Notes: generated by a model not told the origin, from the sequence alone. A stretch of DNA of 49,536 bases from Candidatus Woesearchaeota archaeon (GCA_038874655.1 JAVZBY010000001.1:1-49536); one strand, 5' to 3'; positions 20,371 through 30,945 are shown, counted from the first letter of the stretch. A program made the numbers and translations.

Positions 20371-21138
20371 ATGTCAAAGAATAATTCTAAAAACAATAAA
20401 AGCAATGCCATGAAATTTTTTTGTGGTAATTGGAAAATGCACAAAACAAGCAAAGAAGCATTAGATTATTTAAAAAAATTTATTCCTTTAATATCTGATG
20501 TTAAACATGAAATTGTTTTAGCAGTTCCTTTTACTTTACTTCCTGTATTAAAAACAAAATTAAAAAATTCAAATGTAAAATTAGCAGCACAAAATATTTT
20601 TTATGAAAATCAAGGTGCATTTACAGGAGAAATTAGTCCTTTAATGGTTAAAGAATATGCTTATTATGTTATTATTGGACATTCTGAAAGAAGGCAATAT
20701 TTTAATGAGACAGATGAAATTATAAATAAAAAAATAAAAGCTGCATTAAATAATCAATTAAAATTAATCTTTTGTGTTGGCGAAACCTATGAGCAAAGAG
20801 CTATAGATGAAACAAATTTAGTTATAGAAAGACAAATATTAAACGGATTAAAAGGTTTAAACTCAGAAAATTTAAAAAATATTATTATTGCATATGAGCC
20901 AGTTTGGGCAATAGGCACAGGAAAAGTTGCTTTGCCTGAGCAAGCAGAGGAAGTACATTCTTTTATTAAATCACTTATTAAAAAAAATTTTAACTTAGAA
21001 ATAAAAGTTATATATGGTGGCAGTGTAAATCCTGAGAACTCAACATCTTTATTAAAAATGCCTAATATTGATGGTTGTTTGCCAGGTGGAAGTAGTTTAG
21101 AGCCAGAAACCTTTGCAAAAATAATAAAATCTGTTTAA
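20371..21138 (+). CDS. tpiA: Triosephosphate isomerase, bacterial type
   Basis: GNWKM, GAFTGEIS, IGHSERR, AYEPVWAIGTG, YGGSV. Confidence 0.96.
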   Translation: MSKNNSKNNKSNAMKFFCGNWKMHKTSKEALDYLKKFIPLISDVKHEIVLAVPFTLLPVLKTKLKNSNVKLAAQNIFYENQGAFTGEISPLMVKEYAYYVIIGHSERRQYFNETDEIINKKIKAALNNQLKLIFCVGETYEQRAIDETNLVIERQILNGLKGLNSENLKNIIIAYEPVWAIGTGKVALPEQAEEVHSFIKSLIKKNFNLEIKVIYGGSVNPENSTSLLKMPNIDGCLPGGSSLEPETFAKIIKSV

Positions 21139-21178
21139 TTATATTTTTTTATAATTATCTCTCTAAAAAAATAAATTT

Positions 21179-21751
21179 TCACTTTACTTCAATTCTTATT
21201 TGCTCTGTGCTATCATATAAAGAAGGATATGCATTATCAGGACATTTATTTTGATCTCTATTAACATCAGAGTCAAAACAAACATTTACATTAAATACAT
21301 AAGTGCCTTTTTTTGTTCCAGAAGGAATTTTAAATGGAATTTTTAAAATATAATGCTCATTATCTTTTAATGTTATCTCTCTAAATGAATCAAATGTCCA
21401 TTTTTTATTCAATGAATTTAAAATATCTCCATCTTTTAATTCTGCAACAGCAAAATTTACATAAGGTTTAAATTTTTTTTCTTCTCCCATTGTATTATAA
21501 ATAACTAAACCAAAGGTGTAAGTTTTTCCAATATACCCTTCTTTATAAGATTCTGGCAAACACAATCTTATTTGATTATCAATACAATTTTGAGCCAATC
21601 TATCAAAATTACTAGGCAAAATCCCAGGTTTAATCTCTGTAGATTTTAAGATATTAAATAAAAAAATTAAACCAAGACTAAACATTAGAATCCCAACAAT
21701 TAGACCAATAATAAAATTTACTGAAAATTCAATTGCACCTTTTTTCTTCAT
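21179..21751 (-). CDS. Pilin-like protein with class III signal peptide
   Basis: MKKKG|AIEFSVNFIIGLIVG, then a beta-rich domain with Cys pairs. Confidence 0.7.
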   Translation of the reverse strand: MKKKGAIEFSVNFIIGLIVGILMFSLGLIFLFNILKSTEIKPGILPSNFDRLAQNCIDNQIRLCLPESYKEGYIGKTYTFGLVIYNTMGEEKKFKPYVNFAVAELKDGDILNSLNKKWTFDSFREITLKDNEHYILKIPFKIPSGTKKGTYVFNVNVCFDSDVNRDQNKCPDNAYPSLYDSTEQIRIEVK

Positions 21752-21811
21752 GATATCACATTAATAATTTTTTTTTAATTATTTTAAATAAAAAAATAAT
21801 AAAAGAAAAAA

Positions 21812-22033
21812 CTAATGTTTAGTAATCTCATATTCTTTTAGCAATATAAAGATGAACAACATTAAAATAAACACACCTGAAAAAGTAAATGCTAATGCTG
21901 TTATCAAAGTTGAATTCCCACTTACTAATAAATAAAAACCATAACCCATGATTGCAAATCCCATCCATAAAAATTTATCCAAAACTAATTTTAAAATTTC
22001 AAATTCCTCCATTTGTGTAAGTTTTTTTTTCAT
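21812..22033 (-). CDS. Small two-TM hypothetical protein
   Basis: MKKKLTQMEEFEILKLVLDKFLW + 2 TM; ATG after SD GGTGA. Confidence 0.7.
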   Translation of the reverse strand: MKKKLTQMEEFEILKLVLDKFLWMGFAIMGYGFYLLVSGNSTLITALAFTFSGVFILMLFIFILLKEYEITKH

Positions 22034-22069
22034 CAAAATCACCCAACTTTTCTTTCAGTTTTATTGAAA

Positions 22070-22681
22070 CTATTCTACATTAATTACAAAATCCTTTCTT
22101 GCATATTCTTGATTAGGTGTGGATGGGTCTTCTATTATCAAAGCGCAATTATAAGTTGTCTTTTTAGCATTTCCTTTTACTTTTATAGTAATTTTTGAAA
22201 CAAAACTTTCTCCTGGATTTAAAGATCTTCTCTCATTTGTGTAAAAGATAATATCATTTGTATTACTATTCTTTCCATCTAATTTAACTGGCTTTTCAAA
22301 TGCATCAAAACATGCAATAACAGATTTTTTTATTGACCAATTTCCTGGATTTTGTTGTGTGTCTATTTGACCATCACCATTAATAACAAATGTTTTTTGA
22401 GAATCTAATTCATTTCTTAATCCGAAATAAACATCTTTTTGTTGACCTTGTCTTATATCCATATTATCTGGATCCAATACTAATCTTTCAGGACTTTCTT
22501 TTATTCTATCTAGCATTCTTTTTTCAGCTTCTTTATTTATATCACCAATCTGCCCAGTTGTTTTTTCAAACATACTTTTTATAAAACCGATAATTAAGCT
22601 TAAAATTACAATAGCAATTATCAATATTACAATTGTATTAACAGAAAGCTCTAATGCTGCTTTTTTCCCCTTTTTTATCAT
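22070..22681 (-). CDS. Pilin-like protein with class III signal peptide
   Basis: MIKKGKKA|ALELSVNTIVILIIAIVIL; SD GAGGTGA. Confidence 0.75.
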   Translation of the reverse strand: MIKKGKKAALELSVNTIVILIIAIVILSLIIGFIKSMFEKTTGQIGDINKEAEKRMLDRIKESPERLVLDPDNMDIRQGQQKDVYFGLRNELDSQKTFVINGDGQIDTQQNPGNWSIKKSVIACFDAFEKPVKLDGKNSNTNDIIFYTNERRSLNPGESFVSKITIKVKGNAKKTTYNCALIIEDPSTPNQEYARKDFVINVE

Positions 22682-22871
22682 TATTTCACCTCAAAATTAA
22701 CTAAAAATAAATAAAATTAAATTTATAATAAATAAAAAATGATTTTTAAACTTTTTAAATTTTTCTATGTTTAATTTATATAATCTTTTTATAAAATTCA
22801 TTTCAACACTAAAATTAAGACTAATAAAAAGAATAGAAATATTTATATACAAATAATAACTTTCTGCTTAA

Positions 22872-23462
22872 ATGGAGAGTCATTCTAACAAAAATAAACC
22901 ACATCACATTTATTTTAATCAGGTAAAAAAATACTTAACATTACGAAATCTATTGATTTTTGGATTGGTTTTTATTCTTTATTTAATGTTTTCAAATCTG
23001 GCAAAAGCAATTATATTTATGGCTTTGTTTTCACCTTTATGTATAATATCCATTAAAGTTAGTAGAGTTGTTCCTAATGCAAATGTTCAATTAATAACGC
23101 CATTAACATTGCTTTTATCATACCTTTTTGGATTTCCAGTAGGTTTTATTTTTGGAACAATATTAGGTTTATATTTTTGGTCAACAGCATATTCTATCTC
23201 TCAATTTGTTCTTATGGAAGTTTTTTTAAATGCTATTGTAGCATTTTTAGCAAATTACATAAAAACTAATTTTGCTTTAAACTTCACAATAACTTATTTT
23301 GTTGTCATGATAATTCAAAAAATACTTTATTTTTTTGGAGGTTTAGCAATTGGAGGTAATCCAATGGAAAACACCATACATACTATATCTTCTTCAATAA
23401 CACATTTAATTATTGCACCTTCTTTTATTTTCATATTTTTTCAATTAGCGACAATTATTTAA
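22872..23462 (+). CDS. Multi-pass membrane protein, possibly ECF S-component-like
   Basis: About 6 TM segments; LSYLFGFPVGFIFG pattern. Confidence 0.5.
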   Translation: MESHSNKNKPHHIYFNQVKKYLTLRNLLIFGLVFILYLMFSNLAKAIIFMALFSPLCIISIKVSRVVPNANVQLITPLTLLLSYLFGFPVGFIFGTILGLYFWSTAYSISQFVLMEVFLNAIVAFLANYIKTNFALNFTITYFVVMIIQKILYFFGGLAIGGNPMENTIHTISSSITHLIIAPSFIFIFFQLATII

Positions 23463-23554
23463 AAAACGGAATTATCTTTATTATGAAATTATTTTATACA
23501 TAAATTAAAAATATCGATTTAAAAAAAAGTAATTAGAGTAAAAAAGAGGTCCAG

Positions 23555-24322
23555 ATGGTATCTTCAATAATAACTTTTATAGGAACATTATTTAACACAT
23601 GGATTCATACTCTTTTTTTAGTGCCTTTTGAAAATTATGATATGCTATGGCTTCTAATTCCAATATGGCTGGCATGGTTTTTTGCTGAATTTTTCCAAGA
23701 AAAAGTTGGTACTTCAATGGGAAATGCAATAACAAATGCAGTTGTTATTTTATGGGGCAGTATTGATTGCGCAAGACAAACCGTTAATTTTATAATACAA
23801 AAACAAATTACAAACACTTTTAATATTATAGCAAGATTTTTTTTAATCTTTTTTCTATTTTTATATGGTTTTATAATTATACATTATGGAATTAAAGGTA
23901 ATCCTATTATAAAAAAAATTGGTAGAGTAAGAAATATTACCTATGTTTTTGCAATGTTTGTTCCTATATTCTATAATGCAATACCTTTTTCATTAAATCA
24001 TATATTAGCAGCAATACTATTTTTTCCACTATTTTATTATTTTATAGAAGCAATAGATAGAATCGTTCCAAATCCAAAAGCAGTTGAACAAGATCTTATG
24101 GAGTCAAGCTCCTCTAATATAAAATCCAATATAAAAAAAGATATTTTTGATAAAAGACCAACAACTACTTTTTCACATTATAACAATATTTATGGAAGAA
24201 GTCAAAATTATAATAATTATAGTACACAACCCTACACTAATAAACAATCCCAAAGTTTTTCTGGCACTTCACATAATTCTACACAAAATAATTATTCTCA
24301 TACCACAAAAGAGAAAAAATAA
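23555..24322 (+). CDS. Membrane protein with low-complexity N/S/T/Y/Q-rich C-terminal tail
   Basis: Several TM segments then a polar tail; SD GAGGT. Confidence 0.7.
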   Translation: MVSSIITFIGTLFNTWIHTLFLVPFENYDMLWLLIPIWLAWFFAEFFQEKVGTSMGNAITNAVVILWGSIDCARQTVNFIIQKQITNTFNIIARFFLIFFLFLYGFIIIHYGIKGNPIIKKIGRVRNITYVFAMFVPIFYNAIPFSLNHILAAILFFPLFYYFIEAIDRIVPNPKAVEQDLMESSSSNIKSNIKKDIFDKRPTTTFSHYNNIYGRSQNYNNYSTQPYTNKQSQSFSGTSHNSTQNNYSHTTKEKK

Positions 24323-24536
24323 ATTACCAATTAACACTATTTCAAACTAAGATTTCTAAAATATCAAATTATTAATAAATTACTTCTTTTTTACAATTTT
24401 TTTAGTTAGCAATATTAGTATACAAAAAAATATACAAATCTATTAAAATCATAAAGTTTATATACTAGTATCTTTTTATATTTAATATAGTTTTTTGTAG
24501 ATTAAAAAAAATTTTTTAGAAAAAATGGGTGAAAAA

Positions 24537-25562
24537 ATGTCTGAAGAATTTGAAGTTGGAATGGCCAATATCAAAGTTATTGGCGTCGGTGGAGCTGGCA
24601 CAAACATGGTAAATTGGCTTTACCATCGTGGCGTTAAAGGTGCAGAAATTATTGCATGTAATACAGATAAATTGCATCTTGACACAATTGATGCAGACAG
24701 AAAATTTTTGATTGGAAAAAATTTAACAAGAGGATTAGGTTGTGGTGGTTTTCCTGAAAAAGGTGCAGAAGCAGCAAAAGAAACAATTAATGAAATTAAA
24801 GATGCTTTAAAAGGAGCAGACATGGTTTTTGTATGTGCTGGAATGGGTGGTGGCACTGGAACAGGAGCAGCTCCAGTAATTGCAAAAGTAGCAAAAGAAG
24901 CTGGAGCAATTGTAATTGGAACAGTGACAATGCCCTTTACAATTGAAAGAGCAAGAGTTGATAAAGCAGAATTTGGTTTAAATCAACTAAGACAAGTTTC
25001 TGATACTGTAATAGTAATTGATAATAATAGATTGGTTCAAATTGCTGGAAATTTGCCAGTTAGACAAGCATTTGCTGTTGCAAATGAATTGATTTCAACT
25101 ATGTTAAGAGGTATTGTAGAAACAATTGCAGTTCCATCATTAGTTAATTTGGATTTTGCAGATGTCAAAGCAATTATGTCTAATGGTGGTGTTGCAGCTA
25201 TTGGTGTTGGTGTTTCAGACACAAACAACAGAGTAGAAGAAGCAGTTCAAGGTGCTTTAAGTCATCCATTATTAGATATTAATTATGAAGGTGCGGAAGG
25301 TGCTTTAATTCATGTTGAAGGAGGCCCAGATATGACACTGGAAGAAGTAGCAAGAATAGGTGATCTAGTGACTGAGAAATTTGATGCAGATGCAAATGTC
25401 ATATGGGGTGCCAGAGTTTCAGAATCAATGAAAGGTAAAATATGTGTAATGACAATTATTACAGGTGTAAAAAGCCCATGGATATTAGGTAAAGTTGATC
25501 AAAAAGAAAAGAAAACACAAAAAGTTAGAATGGAAGAAGAATTAGGAATAGAAATTCTTTAA
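24537..25562 (+). CDS. ftsZ: Cell division protein FtsZ
   Basis: VIGVGGAG, GMGGGTGTG, NLDFADV; ATG 24537 follows GGTGA. Confidence 0.97.
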   Translation: MSEEFEVGMANIKVIGVGGAGTNMVNWLYHRGVKGAEIIACNTDKLHLDTIDADRKFLIGKNLTRGLGCGGFPEKGAEAAKETINEIKDALKGADMVFVCAGMGGGTGTGAAPVIAKVAKEAGAIVIGTVTMPFTIERARVDKAEFGLNQLRQVSDTVIVIDNNRLVQIAGNLPVRQAFAVANELISTMLRGIVETIAVPSLVNLDFADVKAIMSNGGVAAIGVGVSDTNNRVEEAVQGALSHPLLDINYEGAEGALIHVEGGPDMTLEEVARIGDLVTEKFDADANVIWGARVSESMKGKICVMTIITGVKSPWILGKVDQKEKKTQKVRMEEELGIEIL

Positions 25563-25797
25563 AGTATCTCTTTTTTTATTTTTTTATTTTCCTTCTATTA
25601 AATTTTTAATAATAAACTCAGATAAAATATTGATTTAATGTTTAGATTTTCAATAAAAGAATTCAAAAAAATTCTCTTATTTTCAAAACATTTATAAATG
25701 TAATGCTAATCCAATTGCATAAAAATATAAATACTAAATCTTTAATAAAGATTCAAAATAAAAAGATTCAAAAAACAAAAATTTTGAGGTGTTTTTA

Positions 25798-26019
25798 ATG
25801 GAATTAAGACCTTTGGACATGTTAAACAAAGCAAGAAATCAAAGAGTAATTGTAGAATTAAAAAATGGAAAACAATTAGTAGGAAAATTAACTTCCTTTG
25901 ATATTCATATAAATATAGTATTAGAAGATTGTGAAGAAAGAGTAGATGGTGAAGTCAAAAGAAAGATTGGAAATGCATTTGTTAGAGGAGACACAATAAT
26001 CATGTTATCCTCAGAATAA
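25798..26019 (+). CDS. Sm-like (Lsm) RNA-binding protein
   Basis: RPLDML, GKLTSFDIHINIVL, FVRGDTI; known archaeal linkage to rpl37e. Confidence 0.92.
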   Translation: MELRPLDMLNKARNQRVIVELKNGKQLVGKLTSFDIHINIVLEDCEERVDGEVKRKIGNAFVRGDTIIMLSSE

Positions 26020-26110
26020 CTAATTAAGATAAAAATTTTCAAATAAAAATTTGATTTAATAATAATTATAAAAAAAGTATTTTTTGAGGTAAAAATTTTG
26101 AGGTAAAAAA

Positions 26111-26293
26111 ATGAAAGGAACACCTTCACACGGAAAAAAATCAGGGAAAAAAAGTCATATTAGATGTAGAAGATGTGGAAAACCAAGTTATCACATAAGA
26201 AAAGAAAAATGTTCTTCCTGTGGTTATGGTAAATCTTCAAAAATAAGAACATATGCTTGGTTAAAAAAGAAAAAAATCGAGCATTCTAAATAA
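26111..26293 (+). CDS. rpl37e: 50S ribosomal protein L37e
   Basis: [23 protein letters not shown]. Confidence 0.97.
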   Translation: MKGTPSHGKKSGKKSHIRCRRCGKPSYHIRKEKCSSCGYGKSSKIRTYAWLKKKKIEHSK

Positions 26294-26343
26294 ATTTTTA
26301 TTAATTTTTAATAATTTATCTTTCTTAATTTTTATTAATTGAT

Positions 26344-27483
26344 TTACATATAATAACAGCCTTCTAAATTTCTTTCTTTTATAATTTCTTCATAATTATC
26401 ATAATTTAATGCTAATCTTTCTATTGGAGTATTATAATCAACTAAATTATAATTATATAACTTTAATTTTGTTATTTTATCTTTCTTTGGATCAACATCA
26501 TAACAATCAATTTTATTCCCTATATCTATAATATTAAATAAACAATTATTTACACCAGAATTATTTAAAATAAAATGAAATTCAGAAGCATAATAAAAAT
26601 GAGTTGTCATAAAATGATGATAACTTTGCACAAAAATCTTGTGCTTTAATTTTAATCTATCTTTTTGTTGTTTTAATTCTTCAATAAATTGTCTAACTGC
26701 TTGACTTTGAGGTCTAAATGAAAAAGGATCTTTTGTTAATTTTCCTTGCGTTTGATTCAACATTAAAATTTTATTTACATAACCTAATTGCCTTTTTATT
26801 GTTGATATTAATTCTTCAGCAGTTTTTTCCTGAAATTCTGACATCTTATCAACAGGAATTGAACTTGGATTAAATCCAGGAATTCCTGCTATTAAAAGAT
26901 CATTTTCTATTGAAGTAAAAGCACCTATATACTTTAATTTTTTAACATCTTTAAACTTAGCTAAAAAATCTTTAAAAATATCCCTATAATTAGACAGTAA
27001 GGCAACTTTTCTTAAATAATTTTCATCAATCTCTAATAAAAATGCCAATTCTTTTAAAACATTATATTGCAAAGGTGATTCATAATTGCCACAATTGAAC
27101 AAAGTTTTTGTGATTTCAGAAAATCTTTTTAAAATATCAAATAAATAATTATATCTCTCAATCATATACTCCTTTATAAGAGAAGAAAATTCTAGCTCTT
27201 TTTCCTCATTATTTAAACCTTTTTCATATAATTCAACATAGCTTTTTAAAATCTCTGCTTTTTGGGTAATACTTTTTAATATCTCCGTTTTGTTTAATGA
27301 TGCTAAAAATAGAGTTTTATTATAATTGAAACCATAACCTTCTCTAATCTCATTTTCACCTAAAACATCTCCGTTTATTATAATTAAATCTGGTTTCCAT
27401 TCTAGATACTTTTTTTTCACATATTCATAAATAAACTCAATATTCTTTTTTGTATGTGTATCAGAAATTAGGATTACTCTCAT
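26344..27483 (-). CDS. Calcineurin-like metallophosphoesterase, divergent
   Basis: LISDTH, INGDV, GNYE, SYHH with long helical inserts. Confidence 0.65.
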   Translation of the reverse strand: MRVILISDTHTKKNIEFIYEYVKKKYLEWKPDLIIINGDVLGENEIREGYGFNYNKTLFLASLNKTEILKSITQKAEILKSYVELYEKGLNNEEKELEFSSLIKEYMIERYNYLFDILKRFSEITKTLFNCGNYESPLQYNVLKELAFLLEIDENYLRKVALLSNYRDIFKDFLAKFKDVKKLKYIGAFTSIENDLLIAGIPGFNPSSIPVDKMSEFQEKTAEELISTIKRQLGYVNKILMLNQTQGKLTKDPFSFRPQSQAVRQFIEELKQQKDRLKLKHKIFVQSYHHFMTTHFYYASEFHFILNNSGVNNCLFNIIDIGNKIDCYDVDPKKDKITKLKLYNYNLVDYNTPIERLALNYDNYEEIIKERNLEGCYYM

Positions 27484-27668
27484 TTTGTTATTAACTTATT
27501 TTTGATTTTATTTTCAAATCTTTCATTAATATAGTAAATACAAATTAATATAAATAATTTTTTAGTTTTATATTTCTATTTTTAATTTCTTTTTTTAATT
27601 TTAAAAAATCAGTCTTTCAAAAGAGCACTTCAAGAAAAATATATAAAAAAATAATACATCTTAAAAAT

Positions 27669-28271
27669 ATGCTAAAATTAATCAAGAGCAAATACATTAG
27701 AAATTTTTACTTTACTCTATTACTAATAATCTTTTTTTATATCTTTGGAGTTATTTTTTGGAAAGATTTAGTTTTTTACTTAGAAAAAGTTCCTATAATA
27801 AACAATCTTCTAAAAATAGTATTTATGGAATTTAATAATAGGTCTATCATAGGTTTAGCATTAATATCTTTTTTTGGCAGTTTGTTTTTTTTAGGTTTTC
27901 CAGGAGAGATTATATTTATTGTTTATACAAATATAGGTTATAACATAGTTCTTGTTTTTTTTATAATGCTTTTTTTCATAATGGTAGCACAATTTATAAA
28001 CTATCAAATAGGTTATTTTATAGAAAAAAAATGGCTAGAAAATTACATAAAACATGATAAAAAACATTACCACATTTCATTAAAAAAATATGATGTCTAT
28101 TTCATTCTAATTTTTAATATTCTACCTTTGCCTGCAGATTTATTAAGTGTTTTTTTAGGAATAATCAAATATGATTTAAAGAAAGCAATGTTATATACTT
28201 TTTATGGAAAGATAATTAAATTTTTATTTTTGATACTTCTTTTCTTTTTGCTTCACTTTATTAAAATATAG
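27669..28271 (+). CDS. DedA/VTT family membrane protein
   Basis: FPGE, INYQIGY, LPLPADLLSVFLG, GKIIKF. Confidence 0.8.
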   Translation: MLKLIKSKYIRNFYFTLLLIIFFYIFGVIFWKDLVFYLEKVPIINNLLKIVFMEFNNRSIIGLALISFFGSLFFLGFPGEIIFIVYTNIGYNIVLVFFIMLFFIMVAQFINYQIGYFIEKKWLENYIKHDKKHYHISLKKYDVYFILIFNILPLPADLLSVFLGIIKYDLKKAMLYTFYGKIIKFLFLILLFFLLHFIKI

Positions 28272-28383
28272 TTTTTCTTTAATGATTATTAAAATTTTAG
28301 AAAATTTAGTTTTAACTAAAATTTATTTTAAACTATTTTGTAAATAAAAAACTTTATAAATGCTTTATTTTTCTAAAAAAGTT

Positions 28384-28764
28384 ATGGTTTTAGATCAACA
28401 AAGAAGCATAAGAAAAGAAACAGGAGCTAGATACAAAAAACAGCATTCAAAGAAAAAACACGCATTAGGAAGAAATCCAACATTAACAAAAATAGGAGAA
28501 ACAGCAAAAAAAGTAATTAGAGTAAGAGGGGATAATAAAAAAATCAGGGTTTTAAGAGCAGATGTGGTAAATTTATATAATCCTAAAACAAAGAAATATG
28601 AGAAAGCAAAAATTAAAATTGTAGTAGCAAATCCAGCAAACAGGCATTATGTCAGAAGAAACATAATGACAAAAGGAACAATAATTCAAACAGACAAAGG
28701 AAATGCAAGAATTACTTCTAGACCTGGACAAGATGGTCAAATAAATGCTGTTTTAGTTGAGTAA
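28384..28764 (+). CDS. rps8e: 30S ribosomal protein S8e
   Basis: RVRGDNKK, NPANRHYVRRNIMTKG, TSRPGQDGQINAVL; leaderless start after TTTATAAA. Confidence 0.96.
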   Translation: MVLDQQRSIRKETGARYKKQHSKKKHALGRNPTLTKIGETAKKVIRVRGDNKKIRVLRADVVNLYNPKTKKYEKAKIKIVVANPANRHYVRRNIMTKGTIIQTDKGNARITSRPGQDGQINAVLVE

Positions 28765-28873
28765 GAAATAATTTTTTAATTCTTATTTATTCTAGTAATA
28801 TCTTTTTATTATTTTTAAAATATTTGTTTTCAGATTAGTAAATTTTTTTAATTAAGAAATTTTTTTAAAAGAT

Positions 28874-29356
28874 ATGGGTTTGTTAAAATATCTTCAAGAT
28901 TTTGAAAGTTTGTTTTATAGTGATATTGTCCGTAGAAAAAAAACAACACCTTTTCTAATTTTCATATTTTTATTAGCAAGTTTTTTTGTTTCAAGGGTTT
29001 TTGTTATTTATTTTCCTGAGAGAAGTGTTTTCATAAAAGGATATCATATTCATCATTTCTTTTTTGGATTAATCTTTTTATGTATTGCTGGCTATATTGC
29101 ATTAGTCTCTGATAAAATAAACTTACATAGATTATCTGCAGTAATGTATGGTATTGGATTAGGCATGATCTTAGATGAAATTGGCTTATTTTTGACATGT
29201 GGGACTATTTCAAAAGGATGCGATTATTGGGCGAGAGTTACTTACGATATATTAATTTTTGTCATAAGCTTATTTTTATCAATAATCTATTTTGAGCCCT
29301 TTTGGTTGAGGATGGGTAAAAGCTTTAAAGCAATTTTTAAAAAAATTTTCAAATAA
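28874..29356 (+). CDS. Membrane protein with HIHH motif
   Basis: GYHIHHFFFG and GIGLGMILDE in a 4-TM protein. Confidence 0.7.
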   Translation: MGLLKYLQDFESLFYSDIVRRKKTTPFLIFIFLLASFFVSRVFVIYFPERSVFIKGYHIHHFFFGLIFLCIAGYIALVSDKINLHRLSAVMYGIGLGMILDEIGLFLTCGTISKGCDYWARVTYDILIFVISLFLSIIYFEPFWLRMGKSFKAIFKKIFK

Positions 29357-29387
29357 ATTAATAAATAACTTTTTACTTTTTAATAAA

Positions 29388-30026
29388 ATGCAGCAGTTAA
29401 GTTTATTTCAAAACAATTCATCAGAAAATAAAATAGAACCTAAAAATTCAGCAGAAAACTATGGTATTAGAAGCCAATTATTGAACATTGTTTTTAATCC
29501 AAAAAGAACAAACAAAGAAATTGTTTTTCAAGCATTAAGGCATACTTATCATGGAATTTGGAACATAGATATCCCTCATGAACTTTATCAATATATGAAT
29601 CCATTGGAAATTATTGCTTTGTATTGTGGTGTTGGAATTATTAAAGAGAATAATTTACCTAAAAATTTAGATCTTTCTTTTCCTGATTTAATTTCTAAAT
29701 TAGTAGGAATTGCATTTGATAAATATAAAGAAATTTTTCCTTATGCTCAACATCAGTTAAATCATCCTCATACAATAAATAAAGGAGATTTAATAAAAAG
29801 AATGCAAGATTATTTTTCACAATATCCAAATCAGGCACAAGAAGTATTGAATTCATTTTTTAATGATTTAAGATTACCCCATCCAAGAAATATTTATTCT
29901 AATATTCCAGGAGTTAAAAGTTATAATGATCCTAATGTTGATGGCAAAAGCATAATAGTCTATAAACAAGATATTTTAACAATGATTTCAAATATTTACA
30001 AAAGAAATACAAAAAATAAGGATTGA
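29388..30026 (+). CDS. Hypothetical protein
   Basis: 212-codon ORF; no family recognised. Confidence 0.65.
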   Translation: MQQLSLFQNNSSENKIEPKNSAENYGIRSQLLNIVFNPKRTNKEIVFQALRHTYHGIWNIDIPHELYQYMNPLEIIALYCGVGIIKENNLPKNLDLSFPDLISKLVGIAFDKYKEIFPYAQHQLNHPHTINKGDLIKRMQDYFSQYPNQAQEVLNSFFNDLRLPHPRNIYSNIPGVKSYNDPNVDGKSIIVYKQDILTMISNIYKRNTKNKD

Positions 30027-30090
30027 AAAAAATTAAAAAAATAATACTTTTAAATATAAATTAACTTTTTTTAAAAAATAAGGTGGGTAG

Positions 30091-30945
30091 ATGTTAGTTT
30101 TTCCAGAAAATAGTATTAGTAATTCTAAAATTTCAGATTTAGAAGAAAAATTAAAAGAAATAAGACTTCAAGAAAATGTTGCTTTATTATTCTTAGAAGA
30201 AAAGGGCCCTTTTGGCTCATTAAAAACAGATGCATTTGTTAGAAAAGTATTAGCAGAATTAAAAAGATTGAACCAAAAAGGTTATTATGTAATGCCAGTT
30301 GTTGATGGAAATTCTCCATATGTTTTAAGAGAAATATCAGAAAAAGATAAAGAAGCATTAAATAGAAGAATAAATTATCAAGAAAATTGGAAACCTAAAT
30401 TATTAGAATTATTACAAAATCAAGTTAATTTAAAAAATAATGGTGTTTATCAAGCACAAGAAGGTTCTTTTATCAGATTATCAATTACAGAAGACAGGTT
30501 TTATCATTTACAAACTGTGAATAATGAAAACGAATTAGGTTTTCCTGGAGCATGGATGCTTTATTATACAGATAAAAAAGGTTTTTGGATTCAAAAAATA
30601 GAGCCAATTTTAATAATTCCTTCTTGCTTAGTATGTCCTTATGGAATGATTGAAAATTTAGTAAATCAAGGTTATAATATGGAACAAAAACAACAAGAAA
30701 TATTGCAAAGATTAAATTATAATGGTGAAAAACGAAGAAGAAACAGGCCTTATGATTGTCCTAATCCTCAATGTGATTTAGTATTTTCACATAATGAATA
30801 TGGAAAAGTTTATAGACCTAGAGAAAGAGCATTTAGTTTTCCCATTTCTTTAAATGAAATTGGGCAAGGTTATTCTATTATACAAGAAAAAACTCCAACA
30901 GGATTAAAAATAGCAAAAATTAAGGGTCCATTAAGAAAGAGATAG
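30091..30945 (+). CDS. Hypothetical protein with putative zinc site
   Basis: CLVC and CPNPQC; SD AGGTGG. Confidence 0.65.
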   Translation: MLVFPENSISNSKISDLEEKLKEIRLQENVALLFLEEKGPFGSLKTDAFVRKVLAELKRLNQKGYYVMPVVDGNSPYVLREISEKDKEALNRRINYQENWKPKLLELLQNQVNLKNNGVYQAQEGSFIRLSITEDRFYHLQTVNNENELGFPGAWMLYYTDKKGFWIQKIEPILIIPSCLVCPYGMIENLVNQGYNMEQKQQEILQRLNYNGEKRRRNRPYDCPNPQCDLVFSHNEYGKVYRPRERAFSFPISLNEIGQGYSIIQEKTPTGLKIAKIKGPLRKR

